Shown here piece after piece: positions 33,630 to 47,744 of a DNA stretch of 64,000 nt. The notes under the pieces were generated by a model. It saw only the letters and a program-made list of their open reading frames with translations. It ran no database searches and was not told the origin of the DNA. Within the stretch, counting starts at the first letter, position 1. The number at the start of each line of letters is the position of its first letter. The position numbers and the translations under genes are program-made. Source of the stretch: the human T2T-CHM13v2.0 reference genome, Homo sapiens; NCBI RefSeq assembly GCF_009914755.1, contig NC_060927.1, one strand, 5' to 3'.

Positions 33630-34070
33630 ATTGTTAGTTACCATGATAATGCTCAGTGGTGCCACCTCAAATCTCTGTGGCTTAAAATAATTAGCATTTA
33701 TTTAGCTTATTAGTTTGTTGATTCACAATTTAGGTTGGGCTTGGTAGGGTAGTTCCTCTGGTCCAGATTGGACTCACTGACATGTCAGGTGGTTGGCTAC
33801 TGCTGGCTAGGTGACCAGGGGGACTGAGCATGTGTCTCATCCACTAGCAGGCTAGCCCATTCATTTTCTCATGGTGGTGGCAGAAGTGCAGGAGTGCATA
33901 GAGACAAGTAAGTGCTTTCAAGCCTCTGCTTGCACCATATTTGATAATATCCTATTGGCTCAAGCAATTTACCTGGTCAAGCCAGATTCAAAGGGGAGGG
34001 CACTATAAAGTGATATGGCAAAGAAGGGGTAAAGAATTGGAGTCATTTTGTGCAGTCAATCTACCACAGT
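33630..34070 (-). mobile_element. MLT1 LTR
   Basis: AATCTCTGTGGCTTAAAA...AATCTACCACA. Confidence 0.65.
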
Positions 34071-35448
34071 GGTTTTTCTTTTCTTCATTTTCACAATATC
34101 ATCCCCCAAGTCTAAAATTCCTACAATGTGTGGAAATAGCATAATGACACTGAAGTCCTTCTTTATTTTAATTTTGAAACCCATAGTTAGTTCTGCCATA
34201 ATAGATGCTTGATCTGAAGTGATTTAGTCAAAGACATGAAGATCCTGATTTTTACTGGAGTGCATCCTGGGTTTCATTATAGTCCATTCTCACGTCAGGT
34301 GTATCAGCCACAATCCTATCCACCTGCTGGTGCACAATCCTTCCAGGCATAGGGCCAACACGCAGGGAAGCAGACAGCCATGTGTTTTAATCAGCATCTG
34401 TATCTTGATTTTTTGGGTTGCTCTTTGAGCCATGTTAAACAAAAACATTAAAATTACCTTAAAAGCACCTTGATGAAAAGACATTGTTATCAACTTTCTC
34501 ATCAGATGAGAGGAAAATTCTGAACATGGGGATAAGTGCAACAGCACTGACTTCACTGAACTCAAAATAAAAAATATAATACATGCCTAGTTTAACAAAA
34601 TGATCATAAAGAAACCATTGATTGTAATAACAAGAAAAACTCAGTAACCGATGTCATTCTCAGTGTCCCCTTACCCGTCTACTACAAGGAGATATATTAC
34701 ATGAAACATATGCACATAATTGAGAGGCAACTAGAATTGCTTAAAAAGAGATACTCAACAAACAGCAATAAAATTTAGACCAAATATCAGAAAACTATTA
34801 AGCCTAAGCAGTAACATTGATTAGAGCACTATTTTCTTATTTGGTTAGTCCTAGGAGGACCATTGAGTTGCTATTTCGTTTAAGCTGGTGAAAAGGTAAA
34901 CTAATCTTGTTTAACGGGCAGAAGATGCAGAAGCAGTGCTTTTTGTCTTCATTGCAAGGGATGGATCAGAAATAGTTCAAGCTTCATTAAGATTATTGAG
35001 TTCAACACATTATTTATTTCCTGGAAATTTCGAGACTTGTAGAGATACACGCCTCAGCTCAGTGAAAAAACATTCTGCCAGCCCTATGTACAATTGGGAA
35101 TTAGGCCAGTGGTATCTTCAGATCGCAGCTTCAGCCCTTTCTTCCAGGAGGTACTCTATTGCAAATCATCTTTCAAGATGACAAATAGAGGTCTCTGGTT
35201 TCTCCTCCTTATCGAAAAGACCTAAAGCCCATTTGGATGCCAGTGTTAATGATGGCTAACAAGTCTCCAAAGAGAAAAAAGTTTTCTGAGAAAGGTTTTA
35301 TTGGTGAAGGTTTATATACCATTCTTACTCCTAAAATAACATCCAGACAGCTGTCTTTTTGCAAGGGAGGACCCTGAAGATTACAGCTCATCAGTATGTA
35401 TGCAAATAAAAAAACACATAAGCACATCTGATAGAAAGTAAAAGTTTA

Positions 35449-35796
<348 letters not shown>

Positions 35797-36192
35797 CTAA
35801 CAATTTTCCCCTTCCAAAACTCTACTAGAAGTACAGCAAAGAATAAACCCAAATGGGAAAAGCAGCAAGAAAGAAGACAATGGCAGATAAACATTTATTA
35901 ACTATATTCTAGAAGCCTGACAGCAGAAAGACATATGGTAACTGACTTGAATCAGTTTCTCTTCTCTGCCAATGGTGGTAATGGTCGTGGTGATAGGGTT
36001 ATTAGTGGTGGTGATGGCATAAGTGGTGATGGTGGTGGTGATGGAGGGTGGTGGGAAAGCACCTCTTTCCTTTTACACAGTGAATTGCTTGAGAGCAGCG
36101 AGAATTCATCTTGTGTACACTGGACATGTCCACAAAGTCTGGGTAAGCAATCATTTCACAGCAAAGCGTCTGATGAATTGAATGGAAGGTTC

Positions 36193-36805
36193 TGTCAAAA
36201 ACGGAAGGATCTGAGATGTACCCTACTTGCAAGCAAACAGGTCAGCCTGCCACTGATGTTGATAGAACCGGGGAACTTCTGGGTAAGAGACAAAGGACTT
36301 TATTAATCGTGACACAAAAATAGCACGAGCGTCATATCCACATAGGTTCCTTTTGCCCCACAAGTCCCATGGGAGTGATACTGAAGAAATCAGGTGGCTG
36401 CATATGCAAGAATTTGTATCTTAGCTGAAGAACCACAGCTTAATGAAACCCCAATGTTTTGTAATCTTTTTCTTTAGGCCTCACGCAAGCAAAATCTGTC
36501 TAACTTTTGCCCAGGAGGGAAACAGTGTATTTATTATATTGGACAGCAAACAAACCTCCCGTCTGTTCCAGAGGGAGGTATTATATCCATCTTCCAAGGC
36601 TGTTTGTTATACGAACATCCTTGAAAAATTTGTGGATAACAAAAGTTGCCAGTGCCCCTGCTCATAAGACATGTAGAAATACAAGAGACCCATGGAGAAT
36701 TGTTTCCCAGCCTGTTTGCCACCAGGCTCATAAGACTCTTCTGACTATTCTGACAGCAAAATATACCTTGACAACTTAGCCTGTGAAGCAGTCCTTGCAA
36801 TCCCA
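36193..36805 (-). mobile_element. ERVL-class solo LTR (subfamily uncertain)
   Basis: CTGAGATGTACCCTACTTGCAAGC end motif; minus-strand AATAAA ~36300. Confidence 0.5.
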
Positions 36806-36849
36806 TATAATTTTAACTATAAATTGTGAAAACAAACACCTCCACTTTG

Positions 36850-37541
36850 CCAGTTCATTGTCTATTTTTCTCAGCTCTACACCTGTAAGACTGGGACTCC
36901 AACTGCATCTTCCAGCTCAGTTCCAGAGAGATTCTACCAAAAGGAGGCATTGATGGAATAGTGGAGGAGAGGAAGAGGGGATAATGGACCCTTTCCTGGC
37001 TTCCAGCTCAGGTTTGCCTCCTTCCAGTAGGAGAGGACAGCTATAACTATAGCTGCAGGCTTCTTGTGGCGCTTCCAAAGCCAGTCCTGCAACTGCCCCT
37101 CAGAGGTACATGCAGCAGCCATGCTGTTGGAGCAGCAGTCCCACCACAATCCCTCACCCACCCACCCACCCTTCATCAACTGTCCTAGCACCTTTCACAC
37201 TATCTCCAGAATACCATTTCCATTGTCTTCCAGCCCCGTCTCCTTGGCCTTCCCGCGCCCACCTGGCTGCACTTCTTCCTCATAGATTTGAGTATCAGTT
37301 GTATGGAATTGTCCCTTCCAATCTTACAACCCCTTAGAACTTTCATATTCTAATGTTATCTGTTCCTGTTTGTTCTTCCAGCCCTAGAGGTGATAACTTT
37401 CCCTGGCATTTTTAATCTTCAAATTACTTTAGCCTCCCACCTCAATCTTTAAATGCCTGTATAACAATTCTCTCCATTAAATGCCTTCTGTTTGAAGTAC
37501 TTAGCATGGTTTCTTTTTTCCCGACTGGACCCTGACTGATA
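36850..37541 (+). mobile_element. LTR33-like ERVL LTR
   Basis: TCCAGCCCTAGAGGTG...ATTAAAT...CTGGACCCTGACTGATA end. Confidence 0.65.
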
Positions 37542-37575
37542 TACTATTCATAGTTTAAAATAATTTCATGTTCTA

Positions 37576-38247
<672 letters not shown>

Positions 38248-38325
38248 CTTTTATATTTTTTAATTTAATTTTTGTCTTTACTAAAGGACATAGTTTAAAA
38301 TATCAAATAGTATGGAAGGCCTTTG

Positions 38326-38993
38326 CCAGTGGTGTACTGGCCAATATTTAACAACCAAAAACAGAGTACTATTCAGTCATAGAAAAGAATGAGATGCTGT
38401 CATTTGCAACTAAATGGATGGAACTGAAGGTCATTATGTAAAGTGAAATAAATCAGTCACAGAAAGACAAACATTGCATGTTCTCACTTATTTGTGAGAG
38501 CTAAAAATCAAAACAATTGAACTCATGGAGATAGAGGATAGAATGATGGTTACCAGAGGCTGTGTACTATAGTGGGGGTTGGGGAGGTAGGGATGGTTAA
38601 TGGGTATTTCACAGGGGACTACGGTCAATAATAATTGTACATTTAAAAGTAACTGAGAGTATAATTGGATTGTTTGTAACACAAAAAATAAATGCTTCAG
38701 GGGATGGATACCCCATTCTCCATGATGTGATTATTCTCATTGCATGTCTGTATCGAAACATCTAATGTACCTCATAAATATATACACCTACTATGTGCCC
38801 ACAAAAATTGAAAATTAAAAAAAATTAACAACGAGCTCTCTGGAGAAAAAAAAAACCCTTCATTTGTAATGTATGTTGATTTCCATGTTGTAAATACTCC
38901 ATCCAGGGCCAATTTCAATCTACCAATGTGACAGAAGAGATGTGCACCATCAGTTCTTGTGAGCTAGTGTGAACCAGCTGCAGAACATCACTG
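38326..38993. mobile_element. MER63-like hAT element interrupted by an L1MA 3' end (+, ~38360-38825)
   Basis: CCAGTGGTGTACTGG/CATCACTG termini; L1 3'UTR (GGATGGAACTG...TTCTCACTTATTTGTG) with TSD-like TTAACAAC. Confidence 0.75.
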
Positions 38994-39189
38994 ATCTTTC
39001 TTCATTCTTCTTCACCTTCAAGGTGACTGCTTTCATCTCTTTCAGCCATCATTTTTGGTATTGGCTTTCATATTTCCACTTAAAGATTAACTAAAGGGGC
39101 TATCATCCACAGTGCAGATGCAGAAAATAATTAGCATTTACTGGTCACACTCTTTGTTTACTCTTCAATTAGTTAATTCCTCTCCTTCA

Positions 39190-39730
39190 TGCCTCAGTTT
39201 TAATGGTATTTCCTGAGAGATGCCTTCCCTGACCACCTCAATTTAAATTAGGTCCCTCCTGCCTCCGGTCATTCTCATGCCACTTTATTCTTTAATTTCA
39301 TGGCACATATCCCAGTTTGTAATTATGTAATTATATTTATGTTCATTTATTTATTGTCTGCCTCCTCCACTAGTTTGCAAGCTCCATAATGCCAGAGACT
39401 TCACATATTTTATTCCTCACTGCATTCTTGAGTAGTATCTAAAAAGCACTTTGATTAGCACCTGGTACCTTGTAGATAAATAAATAAAGGAATGAAGGAA
39501 TAATAAAAAGAGTGAATTAATAATATATGCTAGATACTATCCAAAATTATTTCATACATGTTATTTCATTTATTTTCAACAACACCCCTTACTAAGTAGT
39601 TATCACTGTCTTTATTTTACAGATGAGGAAATTGTCTTAAAGAGGTTAAGTAATGGATTTCAAAGTCATATAGGGAGTGTCGGACTTGAAATAAAACTTA
39701 GGCCTTTTGATTTAAAACACCATTTACTTA
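39190..39730. mobile_element. L2 3' fragment followed by MIR
   Basis: CCTTCCCTGACCACC; TTTTACAGATGAGGAAA core. Confidence 0.75.
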
Positions 39731-42700
39731 TTTATTGCTCCATTTATTGCTGAATTACCATTCAGCTTCATAACTCTGCTAAGAGGCCTTGAATTGTACC
39801 TTATTCTAAGTTTTCATATTTTGATTGGCAGTCCTTGATCTAAACAAAAGATCAAATCTGACTCCTAATTATGTCTTTGACCTAATACTTAACCACTTCT
39901 TGTTCTTGATTTGTCCTGGTGATTTACAGGACATACCCTATCACTAAGTGGCTAAGGTCCCAATCCTATACAAGAGTGAAATTGGATAAGATAGTGGGGA
40001 TTGGCTGTTGGTGGGCCAGACTAAAAACTTGAACTTCATTCTGTCAGCAACATCTATTGCCATTTTAGTGATCAAAGTGAAGAATTTTTAGGAGAATGAA
40101 GATGGTGTCAGAATGTGGAGCAAATTAAAGTGGAGAGATGCAGGGGGCAGGAAGATAATCTCAGGGTCTCTTGCTTGAATCCATGTTTGAGGTATTGAAG
40201 ACTTGAACTAGGATAGTGGCACTATGAAGAGATGACAATAAGGGACCTAAAAAGAACAATCAACAGAGTTCAGTGACAGAGTTACATGTTTTATGGAGGG
40301 TGAATAGGATTGAGAAAGAGTGGTACTGGATTCTGCTCCCTACTCAGCCAATTACTAGACATCTGCCTCTTGGCCTCAGCTTCCTTATCTTTAAAGTAGA
40401 GGACAGGCCTAGATGACCTATGTCTCCTGCAATTTGGAAACTTTGTTATGAAAATAATAAAAATTAATGCAAAGATTTGGGACCCAAATGACAGTGAGTT
40501 TCACAGAAACAAGGAAGGTAGAACATACCTCACTGTGCTTGTGTGTTGCTTGTGTATGTATGCCTGTGTGTATGTGAATGTGCATGCACGCTAGAGGAGA
40601 AGGACAAGTGGGAACAGGAAATAACTGGGACAAATATAGACCTTCTCACATGGTAGTGAATAATTGTCATGGAAATGTATCAGCACGTGTATCAGCTTGT
40701 TCTGTGTCCATCCCTAAACTTAGGGTAACTTAGTGTCCTGCAGGGGCTGAAAAATCTAAAAACTAAAACTAGGGTTCAGGATACAAATTGGATTCTGTCA
40801 GTTAGATGCACATGGCTTAGCTTTGTAAGGCAGAAATAAAGTAAAGACCATATTATTCTCTCAAAGAGCAAAGTCATGGAGACATTCACCTAGGAGTTGA
40901 GGTGGCCAGATTTGGTGTTCCAGTATCTAATCACCAGATTTGTGGGTGCTGAGAGACAGTGCTGGTAAGGGCTTTCTGATTCCTAGATCAGACTTCTTGA
41001 TGCCAGATACTCCAACTCATTCAATGATTTTGCAAACATCTGATTATCTATATGAAACATCTGTTTAAAATATCTAAAAAGGCTTGTATTTCCTTCAGGA
41101 ATCTGCCTAATAAAGATATCAAATTCCACAAAACTTCCATTTAGTCTATTGATTTCACTACATTGTTGATTTTAGAGTCATCCCTTTTGCTTATTAATAG
41201 ACTACAATTTTCTTTCATATTAAGGGAATAAAAGAATCTCCTTGCAGGAAATGCCATTAGAGTCTACTACAAAACATGATTTCTTATTCATAAAAAAGAG
41301 ACAAATTTACCCCATTTCAGGGGACTGTCTAATCAGAGGCTAGATGACATCTGGTTTTCCCCATGGTCTTTGGTCAACTGCAGAGAGGAAGAGAGTGAGA
41401 TAACAAGTACCCTACACTGAATTGTAAGTCCTTTAGGACATCAAAAATTGCTGTGTCATCCTGGCTGAGAAAAACATTAGGGCATAACTAAGAGAACAAG
41501 ATACTCAGAGAAATCTTATTGTATTTGTGGATGAGAAGTCATCAAAAGTCAAGTCAATGGTACTGTCATTGCATATGTGTCCTAGAGATTTATGCATTTA
41601 GGCATATTATTTATATCAGTAGTTCTCCAAGTGTGGTCCTTAGACCGGTAGCATTAGCATCACCCGGGACTTGTTAAAAATACAAATTCCTTTTGGCATG
41701 GAGTATAGCATTAAAAAAAAAAAGAAAAGAAAGAAGTACAAATTCTTAGGTCCTACCCCAAACATACTGGAATCAGAAACTCTAGTGGAAGATTATTGGT
41801 CATTAGTATACATTCACAAAGTCCTTCATGGTCAATGATAACTAACTTTTTTCTATGGGTGTGATGATCTATCAGTGGGTCTCTGGGTGGGACCTACCAG
41901 TGAATGACTGACAGCTATGGATAAGCATTCTTTGTGGGTGCTAGTCTAGGCTTTGAGGTTTGGTAACTTACCCAAGAGCAATGGTAGTAAATAGAGAACA
42001 ACTTTAATATATTTTCCAAATGTTTATTAAAATAAGAAAAATAATATTATTCCACATAGGAAAAATTTCAGTGTTTTTTAACAAATATATATTCTATGAA
42101 AATTATATATGAATAACATTGACTGTTTCATAAGTGAACCAGTTTGAAAATAATTTTGGAGATCTGTTCTGTGACATTTTGTGTCTAATCATAAAATATT
42201 GAGACTCAAATATATGTCCATGGGATAGCTCTCAGAATCAAAGACATTATATACTGCTTATGTTTTTTTTTTAGATGGAAGAGAATTCAAAGTATTTTTT
42301 ACTGGTAAATAATTTTTAGTGACAAGTAATTAGATGCTACCTGAGTTCATAATAGCTTAATATATTATTATTTCGCCTAAAACATGTATGAAGCAATTTA
42401 ATATTAGGCAAATACAGTTATGGAGACAGTTGCTGTCCTGGATTACCCTACTCTTTAAATAAGAATTCAGGCTAATGCTGATTAATTTTAATAAATTCTT
42501 TCAAAGGTGTATATGAGGAGGCATACCGATTGAATATTATAAATAGTTTCTTAAGATCAAATCTTTTAAATCCTTCAAAAGCATATAGCCATTTTAATAT
42601 TATCAAATGCTGGTTCAGTGTATTTCACTGTCATCAGAACTGGGAATGAAATATTTGGGGTGCAACTAATAACATTCAAACCTTGCTCATATTGTTTCAT

Positions 42701-43822
42701 GAGCATCTACCTTTTATGAAGCGAGTCCTATCTCTGTGAATAATTTGTTCCATAACCCAATTCATTCTGTTGGTTAAAAATGTAGGTATTATTGCATAAT
42801 CTTGTTGAGAAAAATAGAGTAACAACTTGAACAGCCAAGTAGCTCTTTTATTCATTTTCAATAATAATGTAAAAACGGGACCACAAATTGATGTACGCAT
42901 GTGGAACTATTTGAAATAAAAATGAAGAAATCTTCTCTTTTACAGAGTTCAATTCTTCAAGGAATTGCAGCAACATTTTTCTCTCTGTATGTTCTGTTAA
43001 TGTTTTGTCGAGTTTTAACCATTTCTCTCTTTTTGTAAAATTTCCAATGGGATTTGTCTGATTAAAAAAAAGGTTTATGCTTAATGTAGCTTGTATTTTA
43101 TCCTGAAGGACAAGGGAAATACACCCATTAAATTGAATAATGGAGTTGTTTTAATGACCAGAATGAATCTTTCAGGGATGTAGCTGCACTTCTCCCCAAA
43201 ATGCCTATTTCAACCATTCTGGCCTTTTTGAGAGTAGATTTTATTAGTCACACCTTCCCATCTCTCTTGCATCTTTAATCCTTACCTTGACTTCTGCTGG
43301 AAACATGCTCACTTCTGCTCTATTCTAAATTACAAACCTTCTCTCCACTCTGTACTCCCCTCAAGCTATTGTTCTATTGTTCTCTTCCACTTTACCACCA
43401 AATCACGAAAGGGCATTCCAGGGTCCCAGCCTCCATTCTCTGAATACCCGCTCACTTAACTATCCAAAATATGGCTTTAAGCACAACATTTGGAATAACA
43501 TCTACTTCTTGCCGAGAAAAAAGGGAAATGTTATTAGAGGGAACTACACAGATGGTTTCAACCATATTAATATTGTTCTATTTCTTTAAATCATTTTATA
43601 TGTATGAAATATTTTATATTTTTAAAGTAGCTTCCATCATCATTATTCTGCTAAAACTGTCACCAATGATCATCTGGTTGTCACAATCAATGATTTTTCT
43701 CCCCATTGTAACTTTCTAAAATATTGATGCTATTGCTCAAACTTTCTTTGTATAAAATTGTTTTCTGATTATAAAGTATTATATACTTATTATAAAAATA
43801 CAGACAATGCAGTGAAAAATAA

Positions 43823-44177
<355 letters not shown>

Positions 44178-44301
44178 CACTGTGAGCATTTTTTTACTGC
44201 AAGTGTTTGTGTGTGTGTGCATATTTCTACATAGTAGAGTGGCCATTTTTTTTCTGATTTTCCCCTTAATATTAAATTAAAGGCATTTCCACAAGTCATT
44301 T

Positions 44302-44981
44302 TGAGAGATGAAGCCAGCTGGACTTCCTGGGCCAAGTGGAGACTTGGAGAACTTTTCTGTCTAGCTAAAGGATTGTAAATGCACCAATCAGCACTCTGTA
44401 AAAATGCACCAGTCAGCACTCTGTGTCTAGCTAAAGGATTGTAAACACACCAATTAGCACTCTGTAAAATGGACCAATCAGCATCTGTAAAATGGACCAA
44501 TCAGTGCTCTGTAAAGTGGACCAATCAGCAGGACATGGGCGGGGCCAAACAAGGGAATAAAAGCTGGCCACTGCAGTCAGCAGTGGCAACCTGCTTGGGT
44601 CCGCTTCCACACTATGGAAGCTTTGCTCTTTCGCTCTTCACAATAAATCTTGCGGCTGCTCACTCTTTGGGTCTGCACTACCTTTATGAGCTGTAACACT
44701 CACCATGAGGGTCTGTGTCTTCATTCCTTGAAGTCAGTGAGACCACGAACCCACTGGGAGGAACAAACAACTCCAGATGCGCCACCTTTAAGAGCTGTAA
44801 CACTCACCGCAAAGGTCTGTGGCTTCACTTCTGAAGTCAGCGAGACCACGAACCCACTGGAAGGAAGAAACTCCAGACACACCATCTTTAAGAGCTGTAA
44901 CACTCACCGCAAAGGTCTGTGGCTTCATTCTCAAAGTCAGTGACACCAAGAACCCACCAGAAGGAATAAATTCTGGACACA
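44302..44981 (+). mobile_element. 5' LTR (LTR12 family)
   Basis: TGAGAGATGAAGCCAGCTGG...GGACACA; CCAATCAGC repeats; AATAAA motifs. Confidence 0.93.
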
Positions 44982-44984
44982 TTT

Positions 44985-45002
44985 TGGTGACCACGAAGGG
45001 AC
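44985..45002 (+). other. Primer binding site for tRNA-Arg; major splice donor G|GTGAGT at 45022
   Basis: TGGTGACCACGAAGGGAC, complementary to the 3' end of tRNA-Arg(TCG) with 1 mismatch (recalled sequence). Confidence 0.85.
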
Positions 45003-45952
45003 TATCACCTATCGCCAAGTGGTGAGTACCATTGGACCCCTTTCACTTGCTATTCTGTCCTATTTTTCCTTAGAATTTGGGGGCTAAATACTGGGCACCT
45101 GTCAGCCAGTTAAAAGCGACTAGCATGGCCACCAGACTAAAGACACGGGTGTTAGGCTTTCTGGGAAAGGGCTCTCTAACAGCCCCTGACTCTTCAGAGT
45201 TGGGAGCATTGGATTGCCTGGAACCAGCTTCTACTTTTCCTGTACTTCTGGGCTGAGCCATGGGTCGACAGAGAGGAAAGCCATTCAGCTCCAGCGTCCC
45301 GACAACAAGTTGGTTAACCCTGCAGCCATGAGTGGAACTCTCAAAGTCACGTCGTCCATGTGAGACTCAGCCATCTATCCTATCTATCCTGCCCTTGCCT
45401 CCTGGGTCCTAACGCCTGTCAGACAAACTTCCTCTCACCTCTCTTCTCTGAGGCTAGTCCTGCTTCTAAAAACCACTCCCTGTCTCTGGTGCTTTTCTAG
45501 TTTCTCCTGTAAGAATGATTTCTAGTATAAACTTCAGGACTCTCTTACCTTCTTTAGGCACCCGGGCTCACCAATCAGAAAGACATAATTTTTTCCCAAA
45601 GCCCTGTCAGATGGGGACACCAACTAACCTTTTAGGATCCTTCCTCAGACAAGAAGGCCTAACAAGGGCTATTTCTGAAGCTAGGATATGGGGAGCCTCA
45701 GAAATTATATTCTTCCTATTCATATGAGTGAGGACAAAAAGCATCACTTCCAACCCTGGAGATCCCTTCCCTCCCTCGGGGTATGGCCCTCCACTTCATT
45801 TTTGGGGCATAACATCTTTATAGGATGGGCATAAGGTCCCAATACTAACAGGAGAAAACACTTAGGACTCTAACAGGTTTTTGAGAATGCATCAGTAAGG
45901 ACCACTAAATCCGACCTTCCTCAGTCCTCCTTGTGGTCTAGGAGGAAAACTA

Positions 45953-46270
45953 GTGTTTCTGCTGCTGCGTCGGTGAGTGCAACTATTCCAATCAGCAGGG
46001 TCCAGGGACCATTGTGGGTTCTTGGGCAAGAGGTGTTTCTGCTGCTGTGTTGATGAGCACAACTATTCCAATCAGCAGGGTCCAGGGACCATTGTGGGTT
46101 CTTGGGCAAGAGATGTTTCTGCTGCTGTGTCGGTGAGCACAACTATTCCAATCAGCAGGGTCCAGGGACCGTTGCGGGTTCTTGGGCAAGAGGTGTTTCT
46201 GCTGCTGCATCAGTGAGCACAACTATTCTGATCAGCATGGTCCAGGGACCATTGCAGATTCTTGGGCAGG
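45953..46270 (+). repeat. Four tandem 80-bp repeats in the proviral leader
   Basis: Units start at 45953, 46033, 46113, 46193 (GTGTTTCTGCTGCTG...CAACTATTCCAATCAGCAGGGTCCAGGGACC). Confidence 0.92.
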
Positions 46271-46310
46271 GGGGAAACAAACCAAAACCATGAGTGGTTT
46301 TGTCTTTCAG

Positions 46311-47744
46311 ATGGGAAACAGAAATCAACAGGCTCACCCTTGAAATGCATCCTAAGCCATTGGTACAAATTTGACCTGCAAACCCTGAAAAAGAGGCAGC
46401 TCATTTTTTTCTGCCCCATGGCCTAGCCCCAATATTCTCTCTCTGATGCAGAAAAATGGCCACCTGAGGGAAGTATAAATTACAATACTATCCTGCAGCT
46501 TGACCTTTTCTGTAAAAGTGAAGGCAAATGGAGTGAAATACCTTATGTCCAAGCTTTCTTTTCATTGAAGAAGAATCCACAACTATGCAAAGCTTGCAAT
46601 TTACATCCCACAGGAGGACATCTCAGCTTACCTCCATATCCTAGCCTCCCTATAGCTCTCCTTCCTATTAATGATAAGCCTCCTCTAATCTCCCCCACCC
46701 AGAAGGAAACAAGCAAAGAAATCTCCAAAGGACCACAGAAACCCCCAGGCTATTGGTTATGTCCCCTTCAAGCTGTAGGGGAAGGGGAATTTGGCCCAAC
46801 TGGGGTACATGTCCCCTTCTCCCTCTCTGATTTAAAGCAGATCAAGGTAGACCTGGGGGAGTTTTCAGATGATCCTGATAGGCACATAGATGTCCTACAG
46901 GGACTAGGGCAAACCTTCAATCTCACTTGGAGAGATGTCATGCTATTGTTAGATCAAACCCTGGCCTTTAATGAAAAGAATGTGGCTTTAGCTGCAGCCT
47001 GAGAGTTTGGAGATACCTGGTATCTTAGTCAAGTAAATGACAGAATGACAGCCGAAGAAAGGGACAAATTCTTTACCTGTCAGCAAGCCATCCCCAATAT
47101 GGATCCCCACTGGGACCTCAACTCAGATCATGGAGACTGGAGTCGCAAACATCTGTTGATCTGTATTCTAGAAGGACTAAGGAGAATTAGTAAAAAGCCC
47201 ATGAGTTATTCAAAGATGTCCACCATAACTCAGGGAAAGGAAGAAAATCCTTCTGCCTTCCTCGAGTGGCTATGGAAGGCCTTAAGGAAATATACTGCCC
47301 TGTCACCCGACTCCCTCAAGAGTCAATTGATCCTAAAAGATAAGTTTATTACCCAATCAGCCACAGATATCAGGAGAAAGCTCCAAAAGTGAGCCCTGGG
47401 CCCTAACCTGGCAACCTTGGTGTTCTATAATAGGGACCAAGAGGAACAGGCCAAAAAGGAAAAAGCAAGATCAGAGAAAGGCCACAGCCTTAGTCATGGC
47501 CCTCAGACAAACAAACCTTGGTGGTTTAGAGAGGACAAAAAATGGAGCAGGCTAATCACCCAGTAGGGCTTGTTATCAGTGTGGTTTACAAGGACATTTT
47601 AAAAAAGATTGCCCAATGAGAAACAAGCTGTCCCCTCGCCCACGTCCGCTATGCTGAGGCAATCACTGGAAGGCACACTTCCCCAAAGGGCAAAGGTTCT
47701 CTGGGCCAGAAGCCCCCAACCAGATGATCCAACAACAGGACTGA
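46311..47744 (+). pseudogene. gag: HERV9 gag, disrupted
   Basis: ATG GGA start; MHR-like TQGKEENPSAFLE; zinc knuckle CYQCGLQGHFKKDC 47571-47612; internal stops. Confidence 0.9.

Noticed and set aside
35970-36055. (GGT/GAT)n tract giving poly-Gly or poly-His ORFs
   Set aside because: Degenerate trinucleotide repeat with no exon context
45953-46270. CRISPR-like regular array
   Set aside because: Whole 80-bp units repeat with no unique spacers; lies inside an ERV leader in a eukaryotic genome
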